Source: the human T2T-CHM13v2.0 reference genome, Homo sapiens. From it: DNA of 64,000 nt. Under the pieces are notes generated by a model. The model ran no database searches, was not told where the DNA came from, and saw only the letters and a list, made by a program, of their open reading frames with translations. The stretch is taken from NCBI RefSeq assembly GCF_009914755.1, contig NC_060937.1; one strand, written 5' to 3'. The translations under genes were made by a program, and so were the position numbers. Below, piece after piece: positions 37,280 through 50,600 of the stretch; position 1 is the first letter of the stretch; each line of letters opens with the position of its first letter.

Positions 37280-38210
37280 ACATTCACTCACTAAATTTTT
37301 ATTTTACCTATGCATATGATGATCTTACATACCAGGGCTGTAACAGCCAATCAGGAGCCCAGGTCTCTTGTCCTCACTGACCCTCGATCTCATGGCGGAG
37401 ATAGATACTCAACATGTGGTGCGGCAATTAACATGCAGTTGCAGATGAGAAGTGCAGCTACAGAAACGAGAGTCTGACCTGATTTGAATTAAGCTCTAAT
37501 GGAAGCCTTTTCCTGAAGGTAAATTTAACCTTTAGTTTCAAGAATAAAGTTAGCCAGTCAAGGAGGTGGGAAAACCATTCCAGGCATTTAGGAAGACCAC
37601 AGTTATGAAAAGGGTTCAGTCCCCTAGGGAGCTAAAGCAAATTCAATATGGATTTAGCATCGTATGTGAGCAGGGATGCGCTGGAGGGAGAGATGGGGCT
37701 GTCCATTCAGCAGAGGACTGAGTTCAGAGTGTCTTCCTGAACAGTAAGGTCCTTGGATTTTTATCCTAAGTATAACAGATGTCACTGAGGAGTCTTACAC
37801 AAACAAGTGACATGACAAATGTACATTTTCTCTATTTGGACTGTTACACAGAGCCTGGATTGAAAAGGACGAAGAGAAGAAGCAGGCACAAGAGAACAGC
37901 TGGGCTATTACTATAATTGGAGGTGTGAGAAAGAGAAGGTCAAGAACTCCTCCCAGTTTTCTGGCAAAAACAAGTTAAAAACATAAAAAAATAAAAAAAT
38001 AAATTAAAAGCAAATAAATGTGCCAACGACAAAGTCAGAGAGTCCTAGAAGGACAAGCTCGTGAGGGATAGGAAGGTCAAGGGTTTTATTTCATTGTATT
38101 AAGAATGGAGATTTTGCTGAGCCATACCGCACAGATATCTAGTCAGTTGGAAACATAAATCTAAGTGAAGAACAAAGTTCTGTGCTAGAGATAATTATTC
38201 AAGAACCATT
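37280..38210 (-). mobile_element. L2
   Basis: Antisense L2 motifs: cattcactcac, cattccaggca, ttggatttttatcctaagt, aagtgacatga, aggtcaagaactcctcccagttttctggc. Confidence 0.7.
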
Positions 38211-40164
38211 CTTAAACAAAATGATTATACTAGAAAAGATATATCAATTACTTTTCATACAAAACAAAAAATGCGTATTTTGGCATTCTGATTGTATTTT
38301 TTGCATCAAAAATACAGTATATGGCAATTCATTTTTACAACGAGAACAATTTATCTAAGAGTTAGTAAGCCCTTTAAAGCAAATAAAAAGCATTAATGTT
38401 AGAACATTTCAAGTATATTTTTAAATAAAAGAAATCTATAAACTTGTACTTTACATATACCACTTAAAACAACAGTATATCTATATTTGAATACAACTAT
38501 GTCCACGTAAAATTTAAGAAGAAATACCACGCAAATTAGAGAAGAAACCAATGGAAGCTATCAAGGATACACAAAATAATAGTAATGACTGCAAAGGAAA
38601 ATTATTTACTAATAAAATAACATTTTTAATGTCAAAAAGCTAAAATACTTTGCAATCTTGATTTTTGCACCAGCCTTTTCCACTTAATAACTTTATGAAA
38701 ATACATATTTTAAAAAACAAGAACCAGATTTTTGAATTATAACAAAATGTTTATTCTTTGTTAAAGATAATATAATTTTATATTATTTTAAAAATCAAGA
38801 CAAAAAAGACATATGTAGGCTATACATATTATTAATATTACATAATTTATATGATTAAACTATATATTAAATAATAAAAGAATTAGGTCAGAATAGAAAT
38901 TATCCTTCACAAAGTGAATAACTGAAAATATCATGAGCTATAGTTTGACATTCAAGCTATAATATCATTTACTATTTCTGTCTGATAGTTTAATCATGTT
39001 CATTCATGAGCCATTTTTAACTATTTAAAATATCAGTATGGTGAATATTGACAAATCCCTCTTTAAAGTTTTGCAAGGAGGTCATAAAGTCTAGAGTAAA
39101 ATAAATTAACTTAGTGAATGGTCATTTATATTGTAATATATGATTCATTCAGTATGTTATCTCATTAGAAAATGCATAGTTTGATGTTCTGTGCAAAACT
39201 TTAATGAACATGGTACACTAATAGAACATTTCTATTAATACCTGAAAATGTATCTGGTGTGTTGCTTCAGATAATTTTTCTCTCTGATATTCAGTGCATA
39301 AATGTGTGCTTTTGGCATATTTTAGTAGATGTAAGCAAAGAGATTCTAGTCTACAAAATCAAACTGTAAATAAACAGAAAAAAAAATAACAATACAGATT
39401 TCAAGAGTCTATGGCCATGCTGTATCTACATTAATCACCAGTGCAAAATTTCTAAGATTATTATTGTCAATTACTAAAATAAAATCCATACTATTTAAGT
39501 GTTTGGATCAGTTTTGAGAAGCTCTGGGGAGTACACAACATATTTTCAGTGGCACCCAGGTATGGCGAGGTTAACAGGTTCATTCCACATTCTTAATTAT
39601 CATGTCTGTTTTTCTTACAACTATATCGTCTGAGAGCTTTTGTATTATAGGTGCCGTTCTGGTTTTTCTTTTGGACTTCTCCTTTTCTCACTGTACTTTT
39701 TCAGTTTACAGAGAAACTGGGTAGTTTCACCCATATCATGTGTGCATACATGCGTTTCTGAGTGTCTGTCCATTACCATGAGAAGAGGATGGCCAGGCCA
39801 CTGATGTAAGGGGATGGGTAGAGACAAAGGAAGCAGAGCGTCCAAGTTGTCCTAACCTTTGGTGGAGTAAAGAAACTATCTACAAAACTTAGGTGACTTA
39901 GGACCCTGAACCAATGCACATCAAAACTAAATGCCCATTATTTAACTTAGGGCTCTGCCCCTTGTTTAAGAGTCTCATGTGTTGGTCCCAAGCAAATAGA
40001 AGTGAGCAATTTCTTTCGTGTTAAATCTTAGTTAAATGAAAGGTATTGAAAAGAAAATAAAAGTTGAAGTAGTTTTGTAGCTGTTAGATTCATATAAATA
40101 CAATGAAAAACAAGCTACAAGATAAATAAAAGCAAGTAGTCCCATATATAATTAAAAATGGACT

Positions 40165-40464
40165 GGCTGAGTGCCTGTAATCCCAACACTTTGAGAGATC
40201 AAAACAGAGGATCACTTGAGCCCAGGAGTTTGAGACCAGCCTAGGCCATATAGTGAGACTTTGTCTCTAAAAAAAACTTTAAAATTAGCTGGGTATGGTG
40301 GCATGCACCTGTAGTCCTAGCTACTCAGGAGGTTGGCATGGATCTCTGGAGTCCAGGTGGTTGAGGCTGCAGTGAGACGTGATCACACCACTGCACTACA
40401 GCTTGGGTGACAGAGCAAGGCCCTGTCTCAAAAATAAATAAATAAATAAATAAATAAATAAAAA
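40165..40464 (+). mobile_element. AluJ (Jr/Jo-like) with (AAAT)n tail
   Basis: ggatcacttgagcccaggagtttgagaccagcct...gaggctgcagtgag...agcaaggccctgtctc. Confidence 0.92.
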
Positions 40465-40832
40465 GGAAGACGAGACAAAAGAAAACAAAAATAGACAAAT
40501 GACCATTTTGCTGAGATTGCTTTAGTATGATTGCATGCCACTCTTTGGTGCCTGTGTGTCTCTTCCTCACCGCTGAGACATGACACTAATGTGACTGCGG
40601 AGCACCTGTACATACCTCCTTCTGGAGGAGGAAAAATGGTTCAGAATCACTGTAAAATCACAGGTCATACAAGGCTCATGGCTAGGTTTTAAATAGACAA
40701 CTCATAGCAGCTGGGAGAGTGTGAATACTTACATGAAACCCCCACTGAGGAAATTTGTTTATGCCTTCCCCATCCAGAGGGTTCCAAAAAACATAAGAGA
40801 TGCTCTTGGGATGTATTTATAATATACTAAAC

Positions 40833-41054
40833 CAGGTGTTCACAAACTATGAATAGAACCTATGGGCCAAGCTCTGCCCACTGCCTATTTGTAAATACAA
40901 TGTGGCTGGAGCATAGACATGCCCGTTTATGTAGGACCTGTGGCTTCTTTTGTGCTATGATGACAGTGTGGGATAGTTGCAACAGAAATGTACAACCAAT
41001 TAATTCTAAATTATTTACTATTTGCCCTTTTCATAAAAAGTTTTCCAACCCTTA
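40833..41054 (+). mobile_element. MER58A (hAT-Charlie), full length
   Basis: caggtgttcacaaacta...tatttactatttgccctt...aaaagttttccaaccc. 8 bp hAT-type TSD tactaaac/tattaaac. Confidence 0.85.
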
Positions 41055-41322
41055 TATTAAACTGTAACCATTCCTTTCTAATACATATATATTTAAGTGC
41101 TTTGCAGAAAATATAAACTTTGTCCAATGTCCCTCTATATATACTTAAGAGTAACTAGGAAGTTAGTGACTCCTTCTTTTACACATTTCTGGTTTCAAAG
41201 CAGATTATCAAGTAAAATTTTAAACTGCCACCAGGAGATTTAGCTAAGGAGTACCAGCTGATTTTGTTCTAATGCAGTCTTTAAAATAATGTACACTGTG
41301 ACATATTCAAGTCAAGTACAGC

Positions 41323-41365
41323 ATTTATATGCTACACAGTCAAGTAAACTGTGTAGCATATAAAT
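41323..41365. repeat. Perfect inverted repeat, 18 bp arms and 7 nt loop
   Basis: atttatatgctacacagt-caagtaa-actgtgtagcatataaat. Confidence 0.97.
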
Positions 41366-41952
41366 CCTACCACATTCTCCAAACCAGACAGAGGGAGAAT
41401 CACAGATGCCCCATGAATCACCTAGAAATCCTGTCAACATATAACAAATTATATGTGGTAGACCCATAAAGTCAATATCAAGTTAAAAGCATTTTTTTTG
41501 TCCTCATGTAAAATAAACTCTGGAAGGAGAGAATGATCTTCACATGTCAATGAAAATCTGAGAAAAGGGAGGGGTACAGAACAGAGCAAAATCAGAGTTC
41601 AATTCAGAAGCCATAAGGAAGCAGGGGAGGGAGCCATGCTTACCAACAGCAAAGAGTGAAGTCAGGAGTGCAGAAAAGCAAACACCGTAGCAAGAGAAGG
41701 GCACCAAAACCAAAGGCTCTCCGAGTGTTGTTTTTTTATTTTTAGGACAGCTGCTCTGGTACAGAGTTCTTTCAAAATGAGTTTAAAAAAATTTTTAATG
41801 CCACTGTCTTGACAGGCAATAGATGCCATATAATACTAGGCATAGAAAATAAGTATTTTACAAGAATACTATTTTAATTTTTAAAAAGTTAAATATTAAA
41901 TCAAAATATTTAAGAATACAATTAAAATGAGAGAAAATATAAATCCCTGAAT

Positions 41953-41994
41953 TATGTTTATGGAAATATGTTTATGAAAATATGATTATGAAAA
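41953..41994. repeat. 14 bp x3 tandem repeat
   Basis: tatgtttatggaaa / tatgtttatgaaaa / tatgattatgaaaa. Confidence 0.85.
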
Positions 41995-42129
41995 AAGACT
42001 TTTTCTTCCCTTCTATATTTGCACTATTCTAGACGTTTCCGGTAGCATGATATGAGAAAAATACACATACACACTTTTAGGCTGGTGCGTTTTTGTTTAA
42101 AATGTGAGCCTATCTCCAAATACATGTGT

Positions 42130-42240
42130 ATGCAGGACCATGACATTGAGGTCCACATCTGACCCTCCAATCCAGCCCAGTGCTCAGCGGAATGCCAGCA
42201 TGTGGTAGATGCTAATGAAATATTTTTGGATGATTCAGTA
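42130..42240 (+). mobile_element. L2 3' end fragment
   Basis: gcaggaccatg...cccagtgctcagc...atgtggtagatgctaatgaaatatttttggatga. Confidence 0.5.
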
Positions 42241-42598
42241 CGCAATTTATTTGACCAAGTGTTAGTTATGAGTAAATTTCAGAGCCAATATTCAAACACA
42301 GTTTAGTGTTTATCCAATGTCAAAGTTTAAACAACTACCCGATCTTACTTCTCTGTGATAGAAAACAGAATCACTCATGATGCCTGGCTAACCTGATTTA
42401 TGGGGTTGTTAGGAAGACTAAAGAGTATTTTATTCCATATGAATGTGTTTTGAAAACTATGAAACACTGGACAGATGTAAATAATTGAATTATTGAGATA
42501 CAATAAATCTATAGCACTCCTTTCAAACTTAAAAAAAAAATCAGTGTCATCTAGCAAAAGAGAATTGGAAAAGAGACTTGTCTTAAAATAGGTTTTCC

Positions 42599-42898
42599 GG
42601 TTGGGCGCAGTGGCTCACGCCTGTAATCCTAACACTTTGGGAGGCCGAGGCAGGTGCATCACAAGGTCAGGAATTCAAGATCAGCGTGACCAACATGGTG
42701 AAATCCCATCTCTATTAAAAATACAAAAATTAGCTGAGTGTGGTGGCACATTCCTGTAGTCCCAGCTACTCAGGAGGCTGAGCAGGAGAGTTGCTTGAAC
42801 CCGGGAGGTGGAGTAGTTGCAGTGAGTCCAAGATTGTGCCACTACACTCCAGCCTGGGCAACAGAGCAAGACTCTTAAAAAACAAAAACAGAAAAAAA
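42599..42898 (+). mobile_element. AluS (Sg-like)
   Basis: Full dimer. atcacaaggtcagg carries the 2 bp deletion seen in Sg/Sc/Y, with S-type gaccaacatggtg. Confidence 0.93.
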
Positions 42899-43624
42899 GG
42901 GGGTTTTCTTTACCTTTATGTAGGCAGATCTTAACTTTCTAGCATATTATCTCTTAAAAGTTCACTTTTTGTATTATAAGTTCTTAGCTAATGGATTTTT
43001 AAAATTTAGTGTAAACGCAGGAGATCATCACATTTTATTCAGCTCAAGTCTTAACCAACTCTTCTCAAATTACTTTTTCCCCACAGATTGAAGCACTCAC
43101 ACAAAAAAAGAACATATGCATTTTCAAAACCTTAAAATCATGGTTTTTGTCTTTGCCACAAGATAAAAACTTTCACCAATTTCCTGGGGTCATTCTTGAT
43201 CGATGGACATCTGGCCTCTGAAAGCACCACAATTTCCCTGAAGTCATCCTCTATATTTTCACTAAAAGCCTCTCTGCTTGAAGTTCTTGTTAGTAGGAAG
43301 CGAATAATAGTGATGTGCTAAAAGAAAGGTTTGATCAAATGTAGCGGAAATGTCTCAACTTCCTCATGTAGGAAAAAAATACTATGTTTCCCCCGTTATC
43401 CTTTCTAGATGCATAATTCTTACATAGAAAACGTGTGGATTTGAGATTTTAAAGAATGTGAAACACACCTATGTAGCCAAGAATAAAACGACTCCATAGA
43501 TTTAATTTTTAATTTCAGTGTTCTCTTCAGACTGAGTTACACCTTTTCTTGCACAGGCTAGCCTTGGGGACCACAGTTCAGATAATACAGACTATATTTC
43601 ATTTCTGCTGCCTGATTCACACCA

Positions 43625-43790
43625 TCATTTCAAACTTGAATGTACATGCACATCCAGTGGGTATCATGTGAAGCCGCAGTAACTGATTCTGCAGATCTGG
43701 GTTAGGGACCAAGATTCTGTGATTCTACGAAGATCCCAGGTAATACTGATGATGCCCGCAATCCATGGACAACACTTTAAAGAAGCAAAG
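43625..43790. mobile_element. MER5A/MER5A1 (hAT-Charlie)
   Basis: ttcaaacttgaatgtacat...ctgattctgcagatctggg...cccaggtaatactgatg...ccatggacaacacttt. Confidence 0.75.
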
Positions 43791-44439
43791 ATCCACAGCA
43801 ACTCAGCAAGTTCCCAACTCATGGACCTGAACCTACTTCTTGGGAACTCCTGTCTGGGCCGTTGCTCAGCAATTAATTCTTCTCTGGCGTTGGTGCCACA
43901 CGACAACAATATATTGAATAATAATACTGTTGTGTAAATTTCCTAGGGTTCATAGAATATCTGGATGTTTCTATTTTTACTATTTCTCTATGCTTCCATT
44001 ATGCTCCTCTTTGGTAATTTTTACTAATGGATAGCACAAATATTCTCAAAATGCACTTTGAAAAAAAAGGTGAAGCTTCAGGCTGATCCACGGGTAGTCA
44101 ATCCTGTCACTGCATTGTCTCCGATTACTGTAGTGTCTCTTGATGTTTGGCGTTTGTTTCATTAGCTTAAGAAGCAAACTCCTAGTACTGAACATCTGAA
44201 TGTCAGGGTTTAGGTCAAGTGACTGTCCTCCCTCTCCAACCAGAATTAGTTAAAACACTTGGCCCCATAGTGGAAGCCACAGTGGGCAACTGATGCAGGA
44301 AATTGACTTCCTGTGGAGACTGCACAACATGGGGACCTCCCCCACAAGAAAGAGATGCTACCAGGTAAGGGTGGATAAGTTTGCAGCAGCCAGAAAGTAA
44401 CAAGTGTCTGCCATACCCAGGTAATCAAATATTCTATTA

Positions 44440-44826
<387 letters not shown>

Positions 44827-44990
44827 TCAACTGTAGAACCTGCTTGAATGTAACAGGCAGTAGTTTTTATGTTTAGAGAAAGCCATTGCATTTAAGACCT
44901 TTTGTGAGTTTTATTTTAATTTTGTAAAAATTACGGAACAAACACATGCTACATTTTCTTTTGAGACTATTTCTCCTTCACAGACAATTA

Positions 44991-47049
44991 TAGGCACACT
45001 CCTTTTTACTGTAGTTTGCTTTATTCTCCTTTGGAGATACTGTGTTTTTTTACAAATCGAAGATTTGTGGAAAGCCTGTGGCCAGCAAGTCTATTAGTGT
45101 CTTTACATTTTGTCTCTGTGTCACATTTTGGTCATTCTCACAATATTTTAAATCTTTTTCATTATTATTATATCTGTTATAGTGATGCGTGAACAGTGAT
45201 CTTTGATGTTACTATTGTAATTGTTTAAGGGCACCATGAACCATGACCTTAGAAGATGGCAGACTTAATAAGTGTTGTGTGTATTCTGACTGCTCCACGA
45301 GCTGTGCATTCCCCTGTCTCCCTTACTTTCCTGGAACTTCACTATTCCCTGAGACATAATAACATGAATATTAGACATAATAACATTAATATCAAATATT
45401 ACTAATTTGATATTAGTAATATCAAATACTCTTTAAGTATTTGAGTGAAAGTAAAAGTCACACTTCATTTCTCTTATGTTGAAACAAAAACCCAGAAATG
45501 ATTAAGTTTAGTGTGGAAGGCATGTTTACGGAAAGAAGCCATAACATAAAAGTGCAAGGTGAAGCAGGAAATGTTGATGTAGACGCTGCAGCAAGTTATC
45601 CAAAATTTCTAGCTAAGACCATTGAAGAAAGTGGCCACACTAAACAACAGATTTTCAATGTAGACAAAACAGTCCTATGTTGGAAGAAGATGCCATTTAG
45701 GACTTTTATAGCTAGAGAGGAGAAGTCAATGCCTTGCTTCAAAGCTTTGAAGGACAGACTGACTCTCTTGTCTGAGGCTAACGTAGTTGCTGACTTCTGT
45801 TTGACGCCAATGCTTATTTACCATTCTGAAAATCCTAGGGCCACTAATAATTGTGTTAACTCCATTCTACCTATGGCCTATAAATGAAACAAAGCCTGAT
45901 GACAGCACACCTGTTTACAGCAGGGTTACTAAATATGTTAAACTCACTATTGAGACCTACTGCTTGGAAATTTTTTTTCAAAATATTGTTGCTCGTTGAC
46001 AATGTACCTGGTCATCCATGATCTCTCAAGGAGATGTACAAGGAAATTCATATTATTGATATGTCTGCTAACACAAAATCCATTCCATAGCCCATAGATC
46101 AAGGAGTTATTTCAACTTTCAAGACTTATTATTTAAGGAATACATTACATAAGCCTACAGCTGCCATAGATGGTGATTCCTCTGATGGATCTGGGCAAAG
46201 AAAACTAAAAACCTTCTAGAATGAATTCTCCATTCTAGATGTCATTAGGAATTCATGATTCACAGGAGGAGGTCAAAATATCAGCACAAACAGTTTGGAA
46301 GGAGTTGATTCCAATCCTCATGGATGACTTTGAGGCACTGAAGACTTCGGTGAAGGAAGTAACTGCAGATGTGGTGGAAATAGCAAGAGAACTAGAATTA
46401 GAAGTGGAACCTGAAGAAGTGACTGCATTGCTGCAATCTCATGATCAAATTCAAAAGGATGAGGAGTTACTTCTTATGAATGCATAAAAAGTGTGGTTTC
46501 TTGAGATGGAATCTACTCCTGTTGAAGATGCTTTGAACATTGCTGAAATGACAAAGAAAGATTTATAATATTACATAAACTTCATTGATGGAACAGCCAG
46601 AAGATTTGAAAGAAGTGATTCCAATTGTGAAAAAAAGTTCTACTGTGAGTAAAATGCTACCAAATAAAATCACATAGTACAGAGAAAACTTTTGTAAAAG
46701 GAAGAGTCAGTTGATGTAGCAAACTTCACTGGTGTCTTAAGAAATCACCACAGCCACCCTGATCAGTCGGCGGCCATAAACATCAAACGAGGCTATCCAA
46801 TAACACAAAGGTTGTGACGTTGAAGCCTCAGATGTTCATTAGCATTTTGTAGCAGTATCTTAAAATTAAGGTATGTACATTGCTTTTTTAGACAAAATGC
46901 TATTGCACACTTACTATTCTACAGTATTATGTAAACATTACTTTCATGTGCACTGGGAAGCCAACAAATTTGTGTGACTTGCTGGATTTTGAATTCCCTG
47001 TATTGCAGTGGTCTGGAGCCGAACCTGCAATATTTTCCAGATACGTCTG
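44991..47049 (+). mobile_element. Tigger1 (TcMar-Tigger) DNA transposon, both ends present, internally deleted
   Basis: TA-flanked ends (ta|taggcacac ... atacgtctg|ta), ttacaaatcgaagatttgtgg near the 5' end, and transposase-derived ORFs inside. About 2.06 kb versus about 2.4 kb for the consensus. Confidence 0.93.
45498..46720 (+). pseudogene. Decayed Tigger1 (pogo/CENP-B-like DDE) transposase
   Basis: ORF 45498-45887 ([45 protein letters not shown]) and ORF 46239-46487 ([25 protein letters not shown]). Multiple stops and frameshifts; the N-terminal HTH region is deleted. Confidence 0.9.
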
Positions 47050-47156
47050 TATCCTTTTGTGTGAGGTATGGACCCCAGTGCATGGTGTGATCTGCCTGCT
47101 TTTATAGCACTTTCTACTTATTTCAGATTTATTTAATGGACATTGCTGGTTTTTAG

Positions 47157-47509
47157 TGTCTATGGTTTGGCTCTGTGTCCCCACCCAATCTCATCCTGAA
47201 TTGTAGCTCCCGTAATTCCCAAGTGTTGTGGGAGGGACCCAGTAAGAGATAATTGAATCATGGGGCAGTTTCCCCCATACTGTTCTCACAGCAGTGAGTA
47301 AGTCTCATGAGATTTGATGGTTTTATTAGGGGGTTTTGCTTTCACTTCTTTCTCGTTCTCTATTGCCGCCACCATGTAAGAAGTGCCTTTCGCCTTCCAC
47401 CATGATTCTGAGGCCTCCCCAGCCATGTGGAACTGTGAGTCCATTAAACCTATTTTTCTCTCCAGTCTCGGGAAGGTCTTTATTAGCAGCGTGAAAATGG
47501 ACTAGTATA
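47157..47509 (+). mobile_element. THE1A/THE1B LTR, full length
   Basis: tatggtttggctctgtgtccccacccaa...gaggcctccccagccatgtggaactgtgagtcc...cagcgtgaaaatggactagtata. Confidence 0.92.
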
Positions 47510-47544
47510 TTATCAAAGGAAAAAGTGGTTAATTTAGAAAATCT

Positions 47545-47622
47545 TAGTCTGTAGGACATTTGTAAATGAACACCATTTGTAACACCAATCATAGTCTCTA
47601 GGATGTTTGTAAATGAACACCA
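47545..47622. repeat. 31 bp direct repeat with a 16 bp spacer
   Basis: tagtctgtaggacatttgtaaatgaacacca / tagtctctaggatgtttgtaaatgaacacca. Confidence 0.9.
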
Positions 47623-47628
47623 AACAGA

Positions 47629-47629
<1 letters not shown>

Positions 47630-47666
<37 letters not shown>
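47630..47666. repeat. (TG)18 microsatellite
   Basis: Uninterrupted TG run. Confidence 0.97.
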
Positions 47667-47668
<2 letters not shown>

Positions 47669-50329
47669 TTGCATTGTTGGTAGTTTCCTCCTTAAACAGA
47701 AACATTTCAATAGTCTTTACTGTGCCTAGTTATTTAAATTATTTTTTAATGTAGCAAAGGCCTTGGAATTAATCAGCCCCATCTGCATACACAAAAGACA
47801 TGACACAGGGAACAAAAAACGTCTGAGGACAAAACTAGGCTTCCTTTCACAGGCAATAAGGGAAATTAGTGTCATCACTAGGTTGAAGACATAAAGAGAT
47901 TCAAAACTAAAAATCCTTTGAACGCTTGCAACAAGATTCCTATAATCAGCTGAAAGATAAGCAATGATCAAAGCCCTTTAAAACAGTATTGTTTGCTCCA
48001 TTAGAACTGTTTAAATGTACCCTACTATTCACCAGAAATTATACAAGATTACTGGAGAAAATATGCTATTGTTTCAGCAAAGAACCCAGATGTTTCAAGG
48101 ATGGTTTTCTCCACCAACGTAAGGTTAAAAGCCAAGATACAAAAACAGCTGCAGTTATAAACCTTAATTATCAGGAACATCCCACCACATAGGTGCTCAG
48201 TTGCTCTGACAAATTGATTTATCTTAAAGAGAGTGGGCTGGATTTGGTGTTTGGAGGCTGGGGAAGGCAGATGGGTAAGATGGAAAGTTTGTCCCTGCAT
48301 GGGATCAAATTGTGGATAGTTCCTCAGACAAACCCTTTCAAAGTGCTCACAAGTTTGTTAATCTCTTAAATATTTCTTTTTTCATTTTGTCCATCTTATC
48401 CTGGGTCTAGTATGATGGGAGAAGAGAGGAGAGCAAGTGTCTGCACACTTCATTACACTGTTGTTTTGTGCAATCTCTCGCAGGACATGACACACAGCAG
48501 GGTCACAGTGAGATCTGAGAACGTTCCTTAGCAGGAGTCTGCTGTTGCTTTTGCTGATAGGAATTTGAAGGGGACATCTTCTGTCTCCATCGTTAAACCT
48601 TTTAAAAATTTCATGCCCGTTGCTTATTGTCACTAACTGAAGACGGGGACAGTATAAGGAGGATTTTAGAAACTGATTTCTGCCAGCCATTTTGAAAAAA
48701 AATAGCAATTTTAACTTTATATTCTAGGTCATAACAGTTTAAATGTCACAGTCAGCACCACGTCTGATGCACATATAGAAAAAGGGAAATGTTATAAGTT
48801 AAGTGTAATCTCTAAAGATGTGTGAATCAGATCAAAAAGTAAGCATGGCTTCATGCTTGTGTGTTGTGTCATATTTAAAACTTCTAGCACAGATCTGAAT
48901 ATGTTTATCTCTAGAATTTTTGGAAAATGTAAACCTAAAACCTAGTTTTTCAGTATTCTAAAATGTCCCAGGTAGTCCTTGAAGATGGGTCAATTCCATG
49001 ACAACTTTTTTTACCGTTAACTAACTTTCATAAATGACATCAGTCCCAATTCCATTTAAAGAGTTACAATACAGAATAACCACAACAAGGAGCGTAGTGT
49101 TGCTATGTTAATCAATGCTAGTCCTTTTTTTTCAGGTAGTGCAGTTTTTTGTATTTAAGAAATGTATGATTATTTTAGGAGACAAATATCATGCTGAGAA
49201 CAACAATGCTAGGTGGATACCTGTGAAACAAAGACAAGGTGTGGTCTCTGAACTTTGGCAGCACATGGATCATGTTGTATTAGAAATTCTGCTCACAACT
49301 AGGATTCACTCTCCCATCTTATCTTCAAATCCCCATGTTACACTATAGGTGCAGTAAGTATAAAACAAACCTAATTAGTATTCTTAGATAATGCAGACAT
49401 TTAAAAAGCACAAGTCATTTTTGGAAAACGAAGAAGTGCAATGCCACTGAGTTTACCCTGAAATCATGAAAATGGCTTGATGGAGTGCTAATGTACATAT
49501 GCTTAACAATAAAAGGTAAAATCTCTCACCATCACTTTTGGTAGTCATTTCTCTCCGACCCCCACATGTAAACTAATTCCAGGGTAATTGCAGGGTGATA
49601 GTTTTGATTTTCTGTATTCCAAGACAGTAATTCTTGAGAGCTATTTGCATCACAACTACTATCAGTGGCTACTAACTCAAATAACAGCGATAATTATAAT
49701 AATCATTACGTATTTACTGAGTATTCACTATGGACTTTGCTAACCATACTCAAGCATACTGTCTTTCCAAGATACAAATGTTTTAGAAAATGAAATTTCT
49801 AGAGGTAAGGCCCTGGCCTCATTCAGATTATTTCAGTTCATATTGGGATTTGAAAACAACTGTGAAAACGAAATATTACTTTCCATCTAAGTTTAAAGCC
49901 ATGAGGATTAGAGCTCATTGATGAATGAGGGACTTTAGAAAGCTTAGAAAAAACTTGGCCTATTCTCCCCTAGATGAACAGGAATCTTAGAAGAGATTCC
50001 AAGAATCTCTTCCGAAGGCTTTGATTTGTTTTCTGCTATGACCCTGAACTCATAGTACTATGCTTTCACTCTTTTCTGCTGTTAATCCATATTTCCAAGT
50101 TTCTTGAAAACTTTTGAAAGACCATGGTCCAACATTATATCTGGGACCATGTAGATACAAAGCAGGCATTGTGAATTAGCATCTTCATTTTGTGTGAAAA
50201 AGATTAAAAAGAGTTTATCTTTGGTGTTTGGAGTTCTTTGTACTGAGGAAGGTGTGAGGTTTCAAGGGAAGTCTATATACTCTAGGTACCTGAGAAAATA
50301 CTTCGTAAAATTATTTTAAGAAATCTTGA

Positions 50330-50600
50330 CCTTCCAGGCTTTCACATATGCTGGCCTTTCCATTTGGGACAATTCTCTGTCACTCCAATCCCTTTTAATT
50401 GGTAAAATCCAACTCATTCGTCCTGAATCACGAATTACTATATTTTATAAATGAAATGCAAACTATCTGGAGGAGACAGTGTGGACTGGAAGTTCCTCAA
50501 GGGCAGGCAATGACTTTTTTTTTTTTTTTCTTGTATTACAGTATCTAGTACCTAAAAAATGTATACCAAGTAGACTTGTAAAATATGCTTTTTGAATGAA
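50330..50600 (+). mobile_element. L2 3' region
   Basis: ggctttcacatatgctg...ggactggaagttcctcaagggcagg...cttgtattacagtatctag...ttgaatgaa. Confidence 0.6.
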
